Source: the human T2T-CHM13v2.0 reference genome, Homo sapiens. From it: a stretch of 64,000 nucleotides of DNA. A program made the translations under genes and the position numbers. The notes beneath the pieces were generated by a model, which did no database searches, was not told the DNA's origin, and saw only the letters and a list, made by a program, of their open reading frames with translations. Every line of letters starts with the position of its first letter. Position 1 is the first letter of the stretch. The stretch lies in the NCBI RefSeq assembly GCF_009914755.1, contig NC_060932.1. One strand, 5' to 3'. Of this stretch, positions 1 to 19,662 are shown piece by piece.

Positions 1-352
1 AGCAGGGCCTCAAGAAGGTATGTATACCCCTGTGTTCATAACAGTGGCATTCATAATAGCCAAAATGTGGATGCAATCCTAATGTCCGTCAATAGATGAG
101 TAGCTTAACAAAATGTGGTATATATACAATGGAATATTCTTCAGGCTTAGAAAGAAGAAAATGCTGACATATGCTGCAACATGATAAACTTTGAGGACAT
201 AATGCTAGGTGAAATAAGCCAGTCACAAAAAGATAAATACTGTATGATTCCACTTACGTGAGGTACCTGGAGTAGTCAAATTCACAGGGGCAGAAAGTAG
301 AAGGGTGGTTACCAGGGGTTGAGGGAAAACAGAATGGAATTTGTTGCTTAAT
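1..352 (+). mobile_element. Old L1M (L1MB-like) 3' UTR fragment
   Basis: Typical L1M 3' motifs (gaaataagccagtcacaaaaagataaatactgtatgattccac). Confidence 0.75.
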
Positions 353-355
353 GGA

Positions 356-646
356 TGTTATAGGCTGAAATGTGTCCCCCAAAATTCATATGTTGAAGGC
401 CTTACCTCCATACATCAGAATGTGATTGTATTTGGGGATAGGGCCTTTGAAAGATAATTAAGCTAAAATTAAGCTGTGACCTGATCTAATCTGACTGGGG
501 TCCTTATGAGAAAGGGGAAATTTGGATATACAAAGAGATGCCTCAGATGCTGCCACCCAGAGGAAAGACCATGTGAGGACACAGCAGGAAGGTGATCATC
601 TGTAAGCCAAGGAGCGAGGCCTCTGAAGAAACCAAATGGGCCAATG
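356..646 (+). mobile_element. MaLR LTR (MLT1-like), 5' part only
   Basis: tgttataggctgaaatgtgtccccccaaaattcatatgttgaag start; truncated at the L1. Confidence 0.7.
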
Positions 647-3077
<2,431 letters not shown>

Positions 3078-3504
3078 GTGTGTGTATGTGTGTGTGTATA
3101 TATATGTACGGTATATATATATATGGTATATATATAAGGTATATATATGGTGTGTGTGTATATATATGATATATATAAAGTATATATGGTATATATAAGG
3201 TATATATATGGTATATATGTAAGGTATATATGGTGTATATATGGTATATATGTAAGGTATATATGGTATATATATGGTATATATGGTATATATAAGGTGT
3301 ATATATGATATATATAAGGTATATATATGGTGTATATAAGGTGTATATATACGGTATATATAAGGTGTATATATATGATATGTATATATAAGGTGTATAT
3401 ATATGGTATATATATGTAAGGTGTATATATATGGTGTGTATATATAAGGTGTATATATATGGTATATATATATGTAAGGTATATATATGGTGTGTATATA
3501 TATA
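3078..3504. repeat. TA-rich compound minisatellite (GGTATATATAT/AAGGTGTATAT units)
   Basis: Directly visible. Confidence 0.95.
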
Positions 3505-3544
3505 AATTCCTCCTTAGTTTTCTCTAACAATCCAAGCATAAAAA

Positions 3545-5640
3545 AAAAATCCCTGTTAGAACTGCTTTTGCTGTATTCCATAGATTTTGTTATATTGTTT
3601 CCATTTTCATTTGTTAAGATATTTTTCAGTTTCCCTTTGTATTTTTTCATTGACTCATTAGATGTTTAAGAGCATGTTTTTTGTTTTTAAATTTCCATGT
3701 ATTTGTGAATATTCTGTAGTTTCTCTTGTTAATGATTTTGTCAGAAAAGATACTTGTAATTATCTCAGTCTTCTAGAATTTGTTATGATTTGTTTTTTGG
3801 CCTCATATATAATCTAACCTGGAGAATGTTCTGTGTGCAGTTGAGAAGCGTGTGTATTCTTCTACTGTTGGATGGATGTTAGGTTCGTTTGATCTAGAGT
3901 ATAGTTTAAATTTGATATTTTCTTATTTACTGTCTCTACGTTCTGTCCATTACTGAAAGTGGGCTGTTGAAATCCCCTGCTATTGTTGTATTACTGTTTA
4001 TCTCTCCCTTCAGATTTATTAATGTTTTCTTTATATATTTAGGTGTTGCTATATTGGGTTCACACATATTTACAACTGTTATATCTCATGTTGCTGAATT
4101 GACCCTTTTATTATTATATAGTGACCTTTGTATCTTTTTATAGTTTTTGACTTAAAATCTATTTAATCTGATATATGTATAGCCACTTCTGCTTTCTTTT
4201 GGTTTCTATTTGCATGGAGTATCATTTTCTGTTCTTTCATTTTCAGTCTACGTCCTTACAGGTGAAGCAAGCCTCTTATAGGCAGCATAAGTTGAGTGTT
4301 TTTAAAAATCCATTTAACTACTTTGCCTTTTTATTGGAGAACTTAATCCACTTACGTTCAGGGTTATCATTCATAGGTAAGTAGTTAATACTGTCATTTT
4401 GTTGTTTTCTAGTTGTTTTGTAGATATTTTCTTCCTTTCTTTCTATCTTCTTTTGTGGCTAAATTATGTTGTTGTCTAGTGGTATGTTTTGATTCCTTGC
4501 CTTTTTATGTATCTGCTATAGGTTTTTGCTTTGTTGTTACCATGAGGCTTACAAAAAAATATCTTACAATGCGGTATTTTAAGCTGATAACAAGTTTGAT
4601 CGCAAAAACAAACAAACAAAAAGAAACCTAACAAGCCTCTATGCTTTTATTCCAGTCCCCTCCTCACATTTTGAATATTTGATGTCACAAGTTTTATCTT
4701 TTTATATCGTCTATTGCTTAAAAATTATTGCAGCTACTATGATTTTTAATAGTTTTGTCTTTTAACTTTTACACAAAATCCAGAATACTTTAATTCTGTG
4801 ATGATGCTGCATAAATTGCTTATATCTTTAGTCAGTGTACTTACTTTTAAGTGAGTTTTAGACTTTCAGATTGTTTTGTGTTACTCCTTAGCATCCTTTT
4901 TTTTTTTTTTTTTGGAGATTGAAGACTTCCCTTTACCATTTTTTGTAAAACACTTCTGGTAGTCATGAACTCCCTTATCTTCTGTTTTTCTGGAACAGGC
5001 TTTATCTCTTCTTCATTTCTGAAGGACAGCTTTGTGGGGTTTGGTATTCTTGGCTGGCAGGGTTTCTTTCAGCACTTTGAGCACTGAGGCAGGCCAGAAG
5101 CTTTTGGCAGATGTGGCCAGCACAGGAGTGGTGCAATCTGAAGCCAAAGTTCACTGAGATATCCCTGGTATTGTGAGCTGTCCAGAGCCCTGGACTGCTG
5201 ACATCAGCCTGGCATTGGTGCAGCCCAGAGATTGAGTTTGCCTTGAAAGCCTGAAGCCTCGGGTTATGTGATCCTGCTTGGCACCAGGCTGGATCTAGAG
5301 CTTCAGTCTATGCGCACTAGCCTGGAACATGGGGTTGTGGTGGTCTCACCAGTGTTAGGTTTTACTTTGGCAATCCTAGCATTGGAGCTAAAGGTATGGT
5401 GTCTCTCTCCTTGCTGTGCTTCCTAGGGTTGAGGGAAGGATGACGGGGTAATATAAAACTGCCCTTCTTACCCTCTTCAATGTGACTTTTCTTATTATTG
5501 TGCTGCAACCAGATAGTGTAATCTCTTATATGGCTTATTTAGCTCTTGTGAAGGTATGTTATAGTATGGATGCTTGTTCAAATTGGTGTTTCTGCTGGGG
5601 AAAATTGCTGAAGCGTCCTACTCTGCCATCTTGCTCCATC
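3545..5640 (-). mobile_element. Old antisense L1M fragments
   Basis: T-rich antisense L1 motifs (ctggagaatgttctgtgtgcagttgagaag; tcttcatttctgaaggacagcttt). Confidence 0.7.
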
Positions 5641-5987
5641 CCTTCCTAAATAAATCATTGTTTTAATTTCACCAGTAAAGACTGACTGTCCTCAATTATG
5701 AGTAAGTTTCCTCTTACATCTTAATATTTTTGTGAAAGTGAGGATATACTTTCTGATGTTCCTTTTCCAACCTAAAATACAATTACTGAAGTAACAGTAG
5801 AAAGCTTGGGAAAAGGTTAATATACTCTAGAGTAAAACTTGCCCAGTATGCAACCACTCACAGAGAACCACTGTCAACAATTTTTAGTATTTCCCATTTC
5901 TTGCAACTTTTTATAGCTGAGATCAAATGTTTATTGTTCCTACTTATTAATATTATTATTATTATTTTTGAGGCAGAGTCTCTGTGA

Positions 5988-6128
<141 letters not shown>

Positions 6129-6939
6129 TAAAGATGGGGTTTCATCATGTTGGCTAGGCTGGTTTTAAAGTCATGGCCCCAAGTGATCCACCCGCCTCAG
6201 TCTCTGAAAGTGCTGTGATTGTAGGCATGAGCCACTGCACCCAACCTCTTTTTCCAAATTGTAAACATGATTTATAATGTCTTCATAATTTTGATCTGTC
6301 ACATTACCCAGAATTAACCATTCTTATTAGTAGGTATATAAGTTTTTATGTTTTTTTCCTATTTCATACAATGAATATGTATTCACAAATGTGTGCCCCG
6401 TTGTTCTTTATTTTAGTAGCTTCCAGATTATAATTATCAGAAAAAGTCAGAGAAATGGGCAGTTCCACGCTTTTCACACTGTGAGGGGTGTTTGGAAGCA
6501 CCTACCTGAGCCTTACGCTTCAGGGAGTAGCTGGGAGCTGACCTAGGAACTCCGGGACTCAAAAGTCAGATGTCATCAATATATATACAATTTAAGAATT
6601 TAAGGTTATATTATACCTCTACTTAGAACAACGTTCAGACACCTACAAGATCCTGCCTAGTCTGGCCCTCCTTCCTCTGCCACCTCGTCTATGCACTCCC
6701 TCTTAGATGACTCCAGTCTCACTGACTGTCTTTCAGCACTCTCACATGCCCTCTCCTCCTGCCTCAGGGCTGCTGCACAGGTGTTTCCTGCTGCCTGAAA
6801 TGGACTTCTGCACGTGTGTGAAAACACACACACACACACCCCACCACCACCACTGCACCACACATACACAAACACACAACTGGCCACTTCTCCAAACCGT
6901 CTGGTCTTAGTTTTTTTTTTTCCTTCTTTTAGATGTTTT

Positions 6940-8224
<1,285 letters not shown>

Positions 8225-9800
8225 GTGTATACAGATGCTTGTCCTGACTCTCCTTAATCTGAAGTGACTGAAGTAGGTTCCTGCTTATTCTCAGCAGCCT
8301 GGGTTTTTGCCTTACTATCCTTTATCACAATATGGAATTATTTATTCCTTTGTTTGCCCATGTTTCGCTGTAGGCCAGGGACTGTCTTCTGTGTTACCAA
8401 TGCTGACCCAGCCAGTCCATTATAAGCTTTCAACAAATAGCTATTAGTTTTGAGTTAAGTGAGAGGACATTCCTAGTCAGCAAGACAGTGTATGTCAGAG
8501 CCAAGAGGTAGAGAAACATGTGGGTACATTTGAGAGGCTATAAATCAGATGACTGTTGTGTGAAGAGAATATTGGATTGCAAGCAGATTTACAGGCTTAA
8601 ACTAGGTTAGAGGCAGGGACAATAAGAAATGGAGAGATTCTGGTGACTTCACATTGTGGAAGTGACAGAACCTGGTGCTGAGTCTATGGGAATAGGAAAG
8701 TGGAAGTGACAGAACCTGGTGCGGAGTCTATGGGAATAGGAAAAATTATCAATGACTGCCATATTGCTGGCTTGGTAAATGGAGTAGATAGTGGTGATTT
8801 TCACTTAGAAGTTATCAAAAGGGAGAAAGAATTGAGAGGAATGGTAAATTCAGTTCTGGACATGAATAAGATGCCTGTGGGACATCCTAGGGTAGGTCTC
8901 TGGCAGCCTATCGGAATTATAGGTTTGGAACCCAAGATAAAGTTGAGGGCTTCCTGTTTGACTTGGATATGGTTGATTTATGAAGTTTATGTAAGGAAAA
9001 TGGTTTTTAGCAAAAAGAGGAACAAGAATGGAACTCTGAAACACTAGTAGTTCAGTAGCAGAGGGCAGAAGAAAGGGAAAATAAGACAAGAGAAAAGCCT
9101 GAGGGTATGGTAACACCAAGACTAGAGAACGATGAGGGAGTAGCCAACCAGTGTCGAGTGCTACAGAGGATGCAACAGGACTTAATAGTGTCCACTGGTT
9201 TTAGTAACAGAGGTAATTAATGTTCCAGAAAACATTTTGGGCTTTTAGACAGTTTATACTAAAGAATTACTGGAGCAGAGCATAATAATAGTTTTTAAGT
9301 CCTTTACTTAATGTTGTCAAATTGCAAAAAGATGAAATTAGTTTTCAGTCCAGTAGCAGCATATGATTGTGACCAACCATCTCACAGCATCAGAAGTAGC
9401 ATGGTATCTCTGAGTTTATGTCCTGACTTTACAATATTTAGTGCCCTTGGGCAAGTTACTCAGCCTTGGTTTCCTCTTTTCCAAAAATGGGACAATAATA
9501 TTACCTACCACAGGTGGTTATGATTAAAGAAGTTATCAAAATGAGTTTTTATTTTTAAAGCACTTAAACAGTATCTGGCACATAGTAAATGCTACATTGA
9601 AGTGTTTGTTGCGTAACTGACAGATACATAGAGAGATGGATACATACATGTATACATACATACATAAAATAAATGTTGGGTATTCTAATTTTTTTTATAT
9701 TTTACAAATTTGAAAAGTAATGAATAGTATTTTTTTTCAGTCAACTTTATATATATACTTTACATATATTAAAATGTTCCTGGCCAGGTGCAGTGGCTCA

Positions 9801-10055
<255 letters not shown>

Positions 10056-11078
10056 TCAATCAATCGATCAATCAATCAATAAAATGCTCCTATTTTAAGC
10101 GAACAGTTAAATTAGTTTTGATAAATACTTGTACCTGAATGACCATCACCTCAACCAGATGTGGAACATTCTCATCACCCCAAACAGTTCCCTTTTGCCT
10201 CCTCCCAGTCAGCCCTCAACTTCATCCTCAATCCCAAGCAATCATTGCTCTGCTTTTTTTCCTGTGAATTAGAATACCCTTTTCTAGAGTTTCACGTCAG
10301 TGAAGTCGTACCGTAGGTACTCTGTGCTTAGCTTCTTTCACTTGGCATGTTTTTGAGATGCATTCATATTATTGCATGTACCAATGGTTCATTCCTTCCA
10401 CTCCCCGAGTGGTGTTTTGTTTTATGGATGTACCACACTTTGCTTATGAATACATTTACTCTACTAAATGTATAGTTTTGGTTGTTATGAATACCGCTAT
10501 GAATTCATGTATAAGCCTTCATATAGACACATTTTTATTGTTTTGGTGTGTATTCCTTTGATTATTATTCCTTTATTAACTCATTAAAAGTTTGAAAACT
10601 TTTTCAAGAATGTTAACTTTTTTTGTTTTTGTGAGTTCTATCTTTTGTCCGTGTTTTATTTTGTGGTTTTATGTTTTCTATGTTTTAATTATTGAGATAG
10701 TCTAATCTTTTTATTTCTTCTATATATGTAACATTTATAAGTTCCCATGAAGGAAATTTTTGACATTTTGCTGTATATGCATGTATGTTTGTGTATGTGT
10801 GTGCCCAGTAATTTTGGGAGTTTTAATCAGTTTTGAGAATGGGCTATTCGGCAGTTAATGAAGACAGCTAACATGAAAGTTAGGGTAAACTCAAATCATA
10901 GTTCATATTCACTATAATTTCTTCAGAATTTTTTAGATTATTTTAAAATCCATGTACATTCTAGTAGATTCTGTCTAGTACATTTTTCTTGAATATGACA
11001 AGTCTAGGTTCCTGACACCATTCGTTATCCTTTAAGCAATGAAATTTTGTGTATAACTTAGTTTTCTGATTAACTTAG

Positions 11079-11348
<270 letters not shown>

Positions 11349-12018
11349 TGATCCACCCTCCTCGGCCTCCCAAAGTGCTGGGATTACAGGCATGAGCCAC
11401 CATGCCTGGCCCTGTTATTTATTATTATTATTATTATTTTAATTTTTAAAATTTTTGTAGAATTTAATACCACACCCGGCTATGCCAGACACTCTTCTAT
11501 TTCAAATATTATATTCATTTAATCCTCACAGCAACAATATCTTCATAGTTATCTTACAGATGAGGAATTTGAGGCTAAGTAGCTTGCCCAGGGCCACACA
11601 GCTAATAAGTGGGGTCTACCTCAGAGCCCATGTTCCTAAGCTTTATGCTGTGTTGCTGACAGGGTGAGGTTAAAATATGGAGGCCGGGCACAGTGGCTTA
11701 CGTCTGTAATCCCAGCAATTTGGGAGGCCGAGGTGGGTGGATCATGAGGTCAGGAGTTCGAGACCAGCTTGCCCAACATAGTGAAACCCCCTCTCTACTA
11801 AAAATACAAAAATTAGCCAGATGTGGTGGCATGCACCTGTAGTCCCAGCTACTCAGGAGGCTGAGGCAGGAGAATTGTTTGCACCCAGGAGGCGGAGGTT
11901 GCAGTGAGCCAAGACTGTGCTACTGCACTCCAGCTTGAACAGCAGAGCAAGACTCTGTCTCAAAAAAAAGAAAAAGTAGGTGCAAATCTCAGTAATAGAA
12001 TAGCAGATTCACACTTAA

Positions 12019-12354
<336 letters not shown>

Positions 12355-15300
12355 TGAGCCACTGCATCGGCCAAGAGAATTTTCAAAGTATGCAATTGAA
12401 AATGTAGGCAAGCAGTCTCTAGATCTTAATAATTTATAGGTTTCTGAGGTTCAGCATTATTGTCCTAGTTAAATAGGCACTTTATCAAATATATTTTTTT
12501 CATTTGAGTCATCTTTGATGATTTCTGTTGGTAAGACAATAGAAATGAATTTCCTTTTTTAAAAGTTTATACAAAGTTTATTAAAAATTTTTTTTTAAAA
12601 ATTTAAAGCTTATGCATTTCAAAAATATCAAATACAGTAGCAGTTAGTTTGGAGTGACAAGACGACCCCTGAAGATTTTTTAAGGAGAGATTTCCTTGTG
12701 GTAGAGTAGTGACTGGGAATTGAAACATGCGGCTCCTGGAGGGAGCGCTTTGCGTCTTTAAAGTAAGTTATTTATTCTTTTATATTTAATTTCCTTATTG
12801 ATTTGGTAGCCCTTACAGACCCATTGAAAACACATAGTGGCCACCTCCAGGAACTATTTCCTGTTTGCTCCCACCTTAAGTAATCTCTCATTTTTCTATC
12901 TCTTATAACATTTTGTCTACTTTAGGTACTATTTCATTTTTTAAACCTCATTCTATAAAGTGTTGGTCACAATCCCAGAGCTTTAGACATGTATGCAATT
13001 TTTTGTTACTGTTTATTATTTTTCAATAATAAGTGGAAATTAAGATCTTTCTGTTTTTTCAGGCCATTTTATACACTTGATATGAAACTTCCTGTAGACC
13101 ATTGTTATTTGAATTGCTTCTTCAATGCAGTTATATAACTTGGAAACTTTTGGCTGTGTACCAAATTTATTTAAAGTCATTTGAAATCATATAAGTCCAT
13201 TTAAAAATGTTTTACCACAAATGTATTTATGAATATGCAGTTAATGCTAAATTCCACCTTGATCATTCATTAGCTTTGTGGATCTGTTTCCAGTATAACA
13301 GGGAGAACACTAAAGCTGCCATGAGCATTAAATTAGATAATGTCTCTGTAAGATTCTATTACACAATTATCCTGTTACTGGCTTATAAAAGGTTCCTCTT
13401 AATTGTGGATTGAAATAAAACATTCTGCATTAACATCTAAAGATATAAATTATCTTTAACAGTGTTTAAAATTAAGTAATAATTAGTCCAAACCTCATCA
13501 TGAAATAGATCAACATAAAGTACCATGTGGCTCAGTTGAAAGCAAGTTCTTTCAGTTTTTATTTTAATTCTCATTAAAATATAGGCAATTTTGGAGCATC
13601 AGTTGGGGGCCTTCCCATCTTCTTTTCAAGTGGAACTGATTGGTTTTATATAGTACTTCTGTTGCACATTTTTTATTTTGGGATTCTGGCCTGCTTCATC
13701 ATAGTGTTCGTTTCTGAATCACAGTAGCTAAACTATTGAGTGCATATGTATTGACTTTTGTGATTTTGGAAGACAGCAAATAAAGTACCTGCTTTGCAGG
13801 TGAAGAACCTGAAAGACAGGATGTTTCCTATTATTGTTTTGATATTAGCCTTTTTAATACAACATCATGGTCCATCAGAAGAACAAGCCTGAGCCAATGA
13901 GCCTTAGCTAATCCTAACTCAAATAAAGCTACCACATAATGTTTCTCCCTATCCAGAGTTAACACTGGGTCTTAGTGGACTCATTTGTTCAAATGAAGGG
14001 ACGTGGCCTCATGATTATTAAAGCCGTTTTTAGCACTTATGGACTACCTATCTCAGCTTTCCTGGTTCATTTGTCTTGAGCACCTCTTAGAAGCATTGCA
14101 GACTTTAATTTTGTTCCACCTATAGACATTGCTTTGTTCACCTTTGTTTATCATATTTTTAGAACAGGATTTAATATTTGGAAGGGAGATCTAATTCTTT
14201 CAGAGGAATATTTTTGTTTGTTTTTTTCTGTAAACTGAGTTAATGTGATACAATTAGATGCTTCCTTTATGGCTGTATAGGTAAAATCCTATGAGAGTAA
14301 ATGTAGCCTTTTAAAGTAAATGTGATTAAGAAATATATATACTTATTCAACAGTTACAGTGGCAAGCATGGGTTGGGAATGGTGACTTGCTTTGCTCTCC
14401 ACCTACCCCTTGTCTGTACCCAGGCAACTGTCCAGGGCTGGAGGAAAATGCAAAATAATGCTGATAGGTCTCACTTTAAATTCATGATCACCAACTACAA
14501 AGGGGCCAGTAGTGCTGTCCAGCGTTCCTTCCATGCTACCTATTGTCTTGCTTTTTTATATGAATATTTTGTACTTTCTTCTCTCCTCTCAACCATTAAT
14601 AGCTCCTTTCCTTTCTCCCCGATCCCAGTGCTGATGAGAGAATAAAAATCAACCAGAAGGAAATGTCTAACCTTTCTCCCTACCTGGTCTACTAATGTAC
14701 CTATATCTGTACCCAGGTACTCTGCTGGACTTCAGTTATTAATATGCCCTGTTATTATCTAAGGACAGTCCTCACTTATTGAATTCACATCCTGCCTTCC
14801 CTACTTATTGCCACCTCTAGCAGTCATCCCTTCTCTCTTCTGCATTGTTAATGATTCCTCTTTCTTTACCAGATCATTCCTATCAGCATACTCACATGTT
14901 GAAATAGCTCCCATCTTTAAAAGGAAAAAAAAAAACTTCCTGGAGACCCCACAGTTCCCTAAAAATATTGCCCCATTTCTTCTTACCTCTTTGCAGCAGA
15001 ACTCTTCAAGAGTTGTCTATTCTAGCTTTCTTTCCATTCTTTCTTGAAATTTCTCCATTAAGACTTTCAGCCCCACCTCTCTGCCAAAACAGCTCTGATC
15101 AAAGTCACCCATGATCTTTCCAAAGGCAAATCACTGATCAGTTCTCACTAACTTGCTCTGACAGCAATACTTGATATGGTCACACTTTCTTACACTCTCT
15201 TCCCTTGGATTCCAAGACCCCACACTTTCTGATTTTCTTCTGACTTCAGTGGCAGGTTGCTCCCTCATTTCCTGGACCTTAAACTTCCCCAGAGTTGGTT

Positions 15301-16395
15301 CTTAACCTTCCCTTATATGCTCACCTCCTATGTCAAACTAGTGGATTCCATCTTGTGGTATAAACTGTCTATTCGCTGAAGACTACTGAATTTATATCTC
15401 TAGCTTGGATCTCTCCCCTAAGCACACACTCTCGTGTCCAGTGGTCTTGCTTTCTCCCTGTGGATGTCAGAAGGTTCAAGGCCAGTTTCTTTATTTCCAG
15501 TGCTCCAAACTGGTTCCTTCTGTAGTATACCTTATTTGTAATTGCTCTTATCAAAAACTGAAGTCATTTCTGATTCCTCTCTAGGGACCTGCTGCTTGCC
15601 ATACCTTCAAAATATATCCAGAATGTTAACATTTTTCACCATCTTCATAGCTACCCCTCCATCCAAGCCACTACCATCTCCTGCATGGATTATTGCCATC
15701 GCCATCTTGTTGGTCTCCTTTCCTGTCTTTATCTCCTTTTTCCATTTTCCCTCTCATTATTCTGCCACACTGGCCTGCCTGCCTCTCCTTGAAGAAGCTA
15801 AGCACCCCTCACACTTCAGAACCTTTGTGCTTGCTGCTTCCTCTGCCCAGAATGCTCTACCACCAAACATTCACAGGGGTCTCCTACTCCATTCAAATGT
15901 TCAGATGTCACCTTGTCAGAGAGCTCTTTCCCTGAAAATCCTATTTGATATAGCACCTTCCTCTTGCCTGCATTCTCTCCAAACATAATTATTTGTATAT
16001 TATTAACTTCCCTCTCTTCTTTGAGGGCAGGGACTTTGTTCTGTCACATCTATATCTTTAAGACCCAGAACCAAGCCTGGAACATTTTGGTGTTAAATGA
16101 ATGGAGGAAGGTAGTGGTGATAGTGGTGGTGGTGGAGATTCATGGTATTATTCTGTTAGATATTAAAGCCCCAAATTAGTTTTTAAAGAATTCACACACA
16201 ACTTTTTCAAACACTATATAAAACAAGGTAAATCTGTATACACACAAACTTTAACCAATCTTAAACACAGTCTTACCCACGATCCGTTTCAACCTGTATT
16301 TGATGATGAGGCTGACTAGCCAACATTTAAGTAATCACTATACAGTAGACATTGCGGTAAGATTATCCAGTTTAATTCCCACAATACTCCTTTCA

Positions 16396-16899
<504 letters not shown>

Positions 16900-18712
16900 T
16901 TATATGTTTACATACTTAAATAGTAAAGTATTTGAGAATGTTTAGTTTTAGAAACTAGGGGTTAAATGTTGTGATTGTTAAGCAGTAATAAATATAAATG
17001 ATAAACAAGACACCTTTTTAAAACTTTGAGCTAAAAATTAAATCTCATGGCACTTTGCCTAATGACCTAAGCTAGATCTTGTGGTCTGGTTCATACAAAC
17101 ATGTTCTGATACCAAAACCAGAGTGCTGTTGCTATGGCTGTGAATGCTTTTCTGTGTGAGTACATAGATACCAGTAACACAGAGCCATGGCTTGGAGTTC
17201 TCTGAGTTACTTCTCTAGAGAGAGGAAAGTGAGAAATGAAACCTCAGCTTCAGATTTGTACCGTTAACTTTGCAGTCGTGTATTGCTCTTCATAAAAACA
17301 GCCTCGAAGTCAAGAGTAAAAATTCTGTGAAGGTCGATAAAACAAGAAGGGAATTGCTAAGTACAAGGGAAGAAGGTATCAATGAAACAAACCATGGCTA
17401 GTCCTGCTGTTAATTTTCTGGTTCTCTAGAAGGGACAGTGCCAAGTTAGAGTTGGGGAACAAAGAGCCCCACTCTCCTGCTTTTCCTTCTCCTGCCACAT
17501 CCTGCTTATTCTCCTGGTCCACTGAGGCATGAATGCCCTTCTTGAGGAAGACCTGAATGATGGGACAGCAGTAACCTGGGGGTTTTGGTGGCACATACAA
17601 AAAAATGTGTCTGAGAGAACTGACATTTCTCTTAAGATCCCAAATGCCTGTACAGTGAATATAGCTGTCAGTGGCACCTTCTCTGGGGGGAAGGCAGGTC
17701 CAGATTGCAAACACTGTGCTGAGCTAGGTTTTCACAGAATCAAGAAAGTAGTGATGCTCTCTGGGAGAGCTGTTAGCAATTATGCGAAGCTGGGAGAGCT
17801 GTTAGCAATTATGTGAAGCTAAATCCTGTTCATTTAGATATTTTAGATAATGTGCTGAAAATTGTCAGTAGAGACACAAATATTTGTAACTACCATGGAT
17901 CTTAAAATGTGGCTCCACATTCAAAATAGGCTATTGTCTAATCCACTCTGAAAACTTCTTTGAGGTTCTCTTTGTTCTTTTGGGAACACACATCAAAAAT
18001 GTGAATTGGAACTAATCAGAGGAATTGTTTGTTGAATTCATAACATGATAGCATATATTGTTTTGTTGATCTTATCTAATGTGAATGCAGCTACCAAGTT
18101 TTTGTATAATAGTTGCTAGTGCAATCTTGAGCTATTGATTCTGATTTCTTGCTGATTTTATGCTTTGTGTTAGGATGGCATGATTCATTCCTCTGTTTTC
18201 GTTATTAATTTAAAAATGTAGATATTTATTTCAAGGTATTATAAGTGTGCATATAGTTCAGAATTTCCAAGTGTCTTAATTACCAAAATAAATTGCTGAG
18301 ATGTAATTCTTTAAAATTTTAAAAAATAAGTAATGCATCTTTAGATGAGACTGTTTATGAACAGAGAAATAAGATAGGAGGTGACATGGATAGGCAATTA
18401 GTAGCTCCTCCTCAGGATTAGTCCATAAGGTGACACAAAGTATTCTTATTGTGTTCTTTTATTTTTGCAGGCTTTGTGTCATGACCTTAATTTCTTTTTC
18501 TGTTCCAACATCTGCTAGCTTTTAAATGGAATAATTTCTTTGGTATTTGCAGTGTTTGGGAGATGCTTTGAACATGCTCAGCTATTGTCCCCAAGCAACT
18601 GAGTGGGTCAAATTTGAGATTGGACTTGTTGTGGATTTAATAATCAACCCTTTTTGGCTTTAAAATATGACTTGCCCTTTATTTCACTGTTCTCGTTGTC
18701 TTTCCTGAACAG

Positions 18713-18822
18713 GCTGCTGATACTTTGGCTGTGAGGCAAAAAAGGAGAATTTATGATATCACCAATGTCTTAGAGGGAATTGACTTGATTGAAAAAAAGT
18801 CAAAAAACAGTATCCAGTGGAA
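18713..18822 (+). CDS. E2F5: E2F5 exon 2, winged-helix DNA-binding domain ([37 protein letters not shown])
   Basis: Manual translation gives the E2[13 protein letters not shown] motif. Acceptor tttcctgaacag| and donor |gtaagt; 110 nt. Confidence 0.98.
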
Positions 18823-19662
18823 GTAAGTTACAAACCAGCACCCTCTTCTGAAACCTTTATTTTTCTTCTCAGTGCTCTGTAAAATTTGACCTTCCCAATG
18901 TTTCTATCTCCCAAATCCTCTATTTCAGTCAGGCCCCTCAGCTTTCCCTGAACACACCTTTCTGGGCCTCTGTGTCACTCCTGTGTTGGGTGTTCCCTTG
19001 CTCTCTTGGATGTTGGGTTTTCGCTCTTAAAATTCAAATCTTACTTTCTCCCTCAAGCTATTACTCATTTGGCACACATTGCATACTGTCTTGTATTAAT
19101 CTCTTCCTAACTCTTTACCTGTCCTTGAGAGCAAGAACTACTTTCATAGGAATTTGTACTTTGTAAATAGTAATTAATTGAAACGCATGTTGTCATTAAT
19201 TGTGGCCTGGTTATACGTTTGAATGTAACAATTTCTGTTCTTCTAATGTGTCCCCTTTGACCATAGTTTTTGTCTTGTTTTGTTTTCGCCAAAATTCCAC
19301 CAAAACATTAAAATGTTGTAATTTATTTTACCAGCACCTCAGTCACATCCTGAGACTGCTAGGTGTGACTGCTGAGCACACTCTTTTGGTACCCAGTCAC
19401 CAACCAGTCTGGCCTTCCAGATGACAAAAAAACACTGTAGGGAAGATTGAGAATTTTTGTAATTTGGTTGTTCTTGTCAATAAATTTTCTAAGCAAGAAG
19501 TATGGTGTTTAAAATTTTTAAGGATTTTAGTGCTTGATTTTAAGAGTGTAAAGACTTCTGTCTTGAATATATTACTAAATAAGTCAGTTTTATTACAGTA
19601 AAAATTAAGTGATATTAACCTAGATCTGATACTGAGGATATTAATTCTCATATGTTTTTAAG

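Noticed and set aside
15542-16179. 148-aa hydrophobic ORF
   Set aside because: It lies in pyrimidine-rich, L2-like decayed sequence; a compositional artefact.
17379-17816. Overlapping 94-111-aa ORFs in non-repeat-looking intron sequence
   Set aside because: No recognisable homology, several starts are non-ATG, and there is no supporting gene structure. A tblastx search would settle it.
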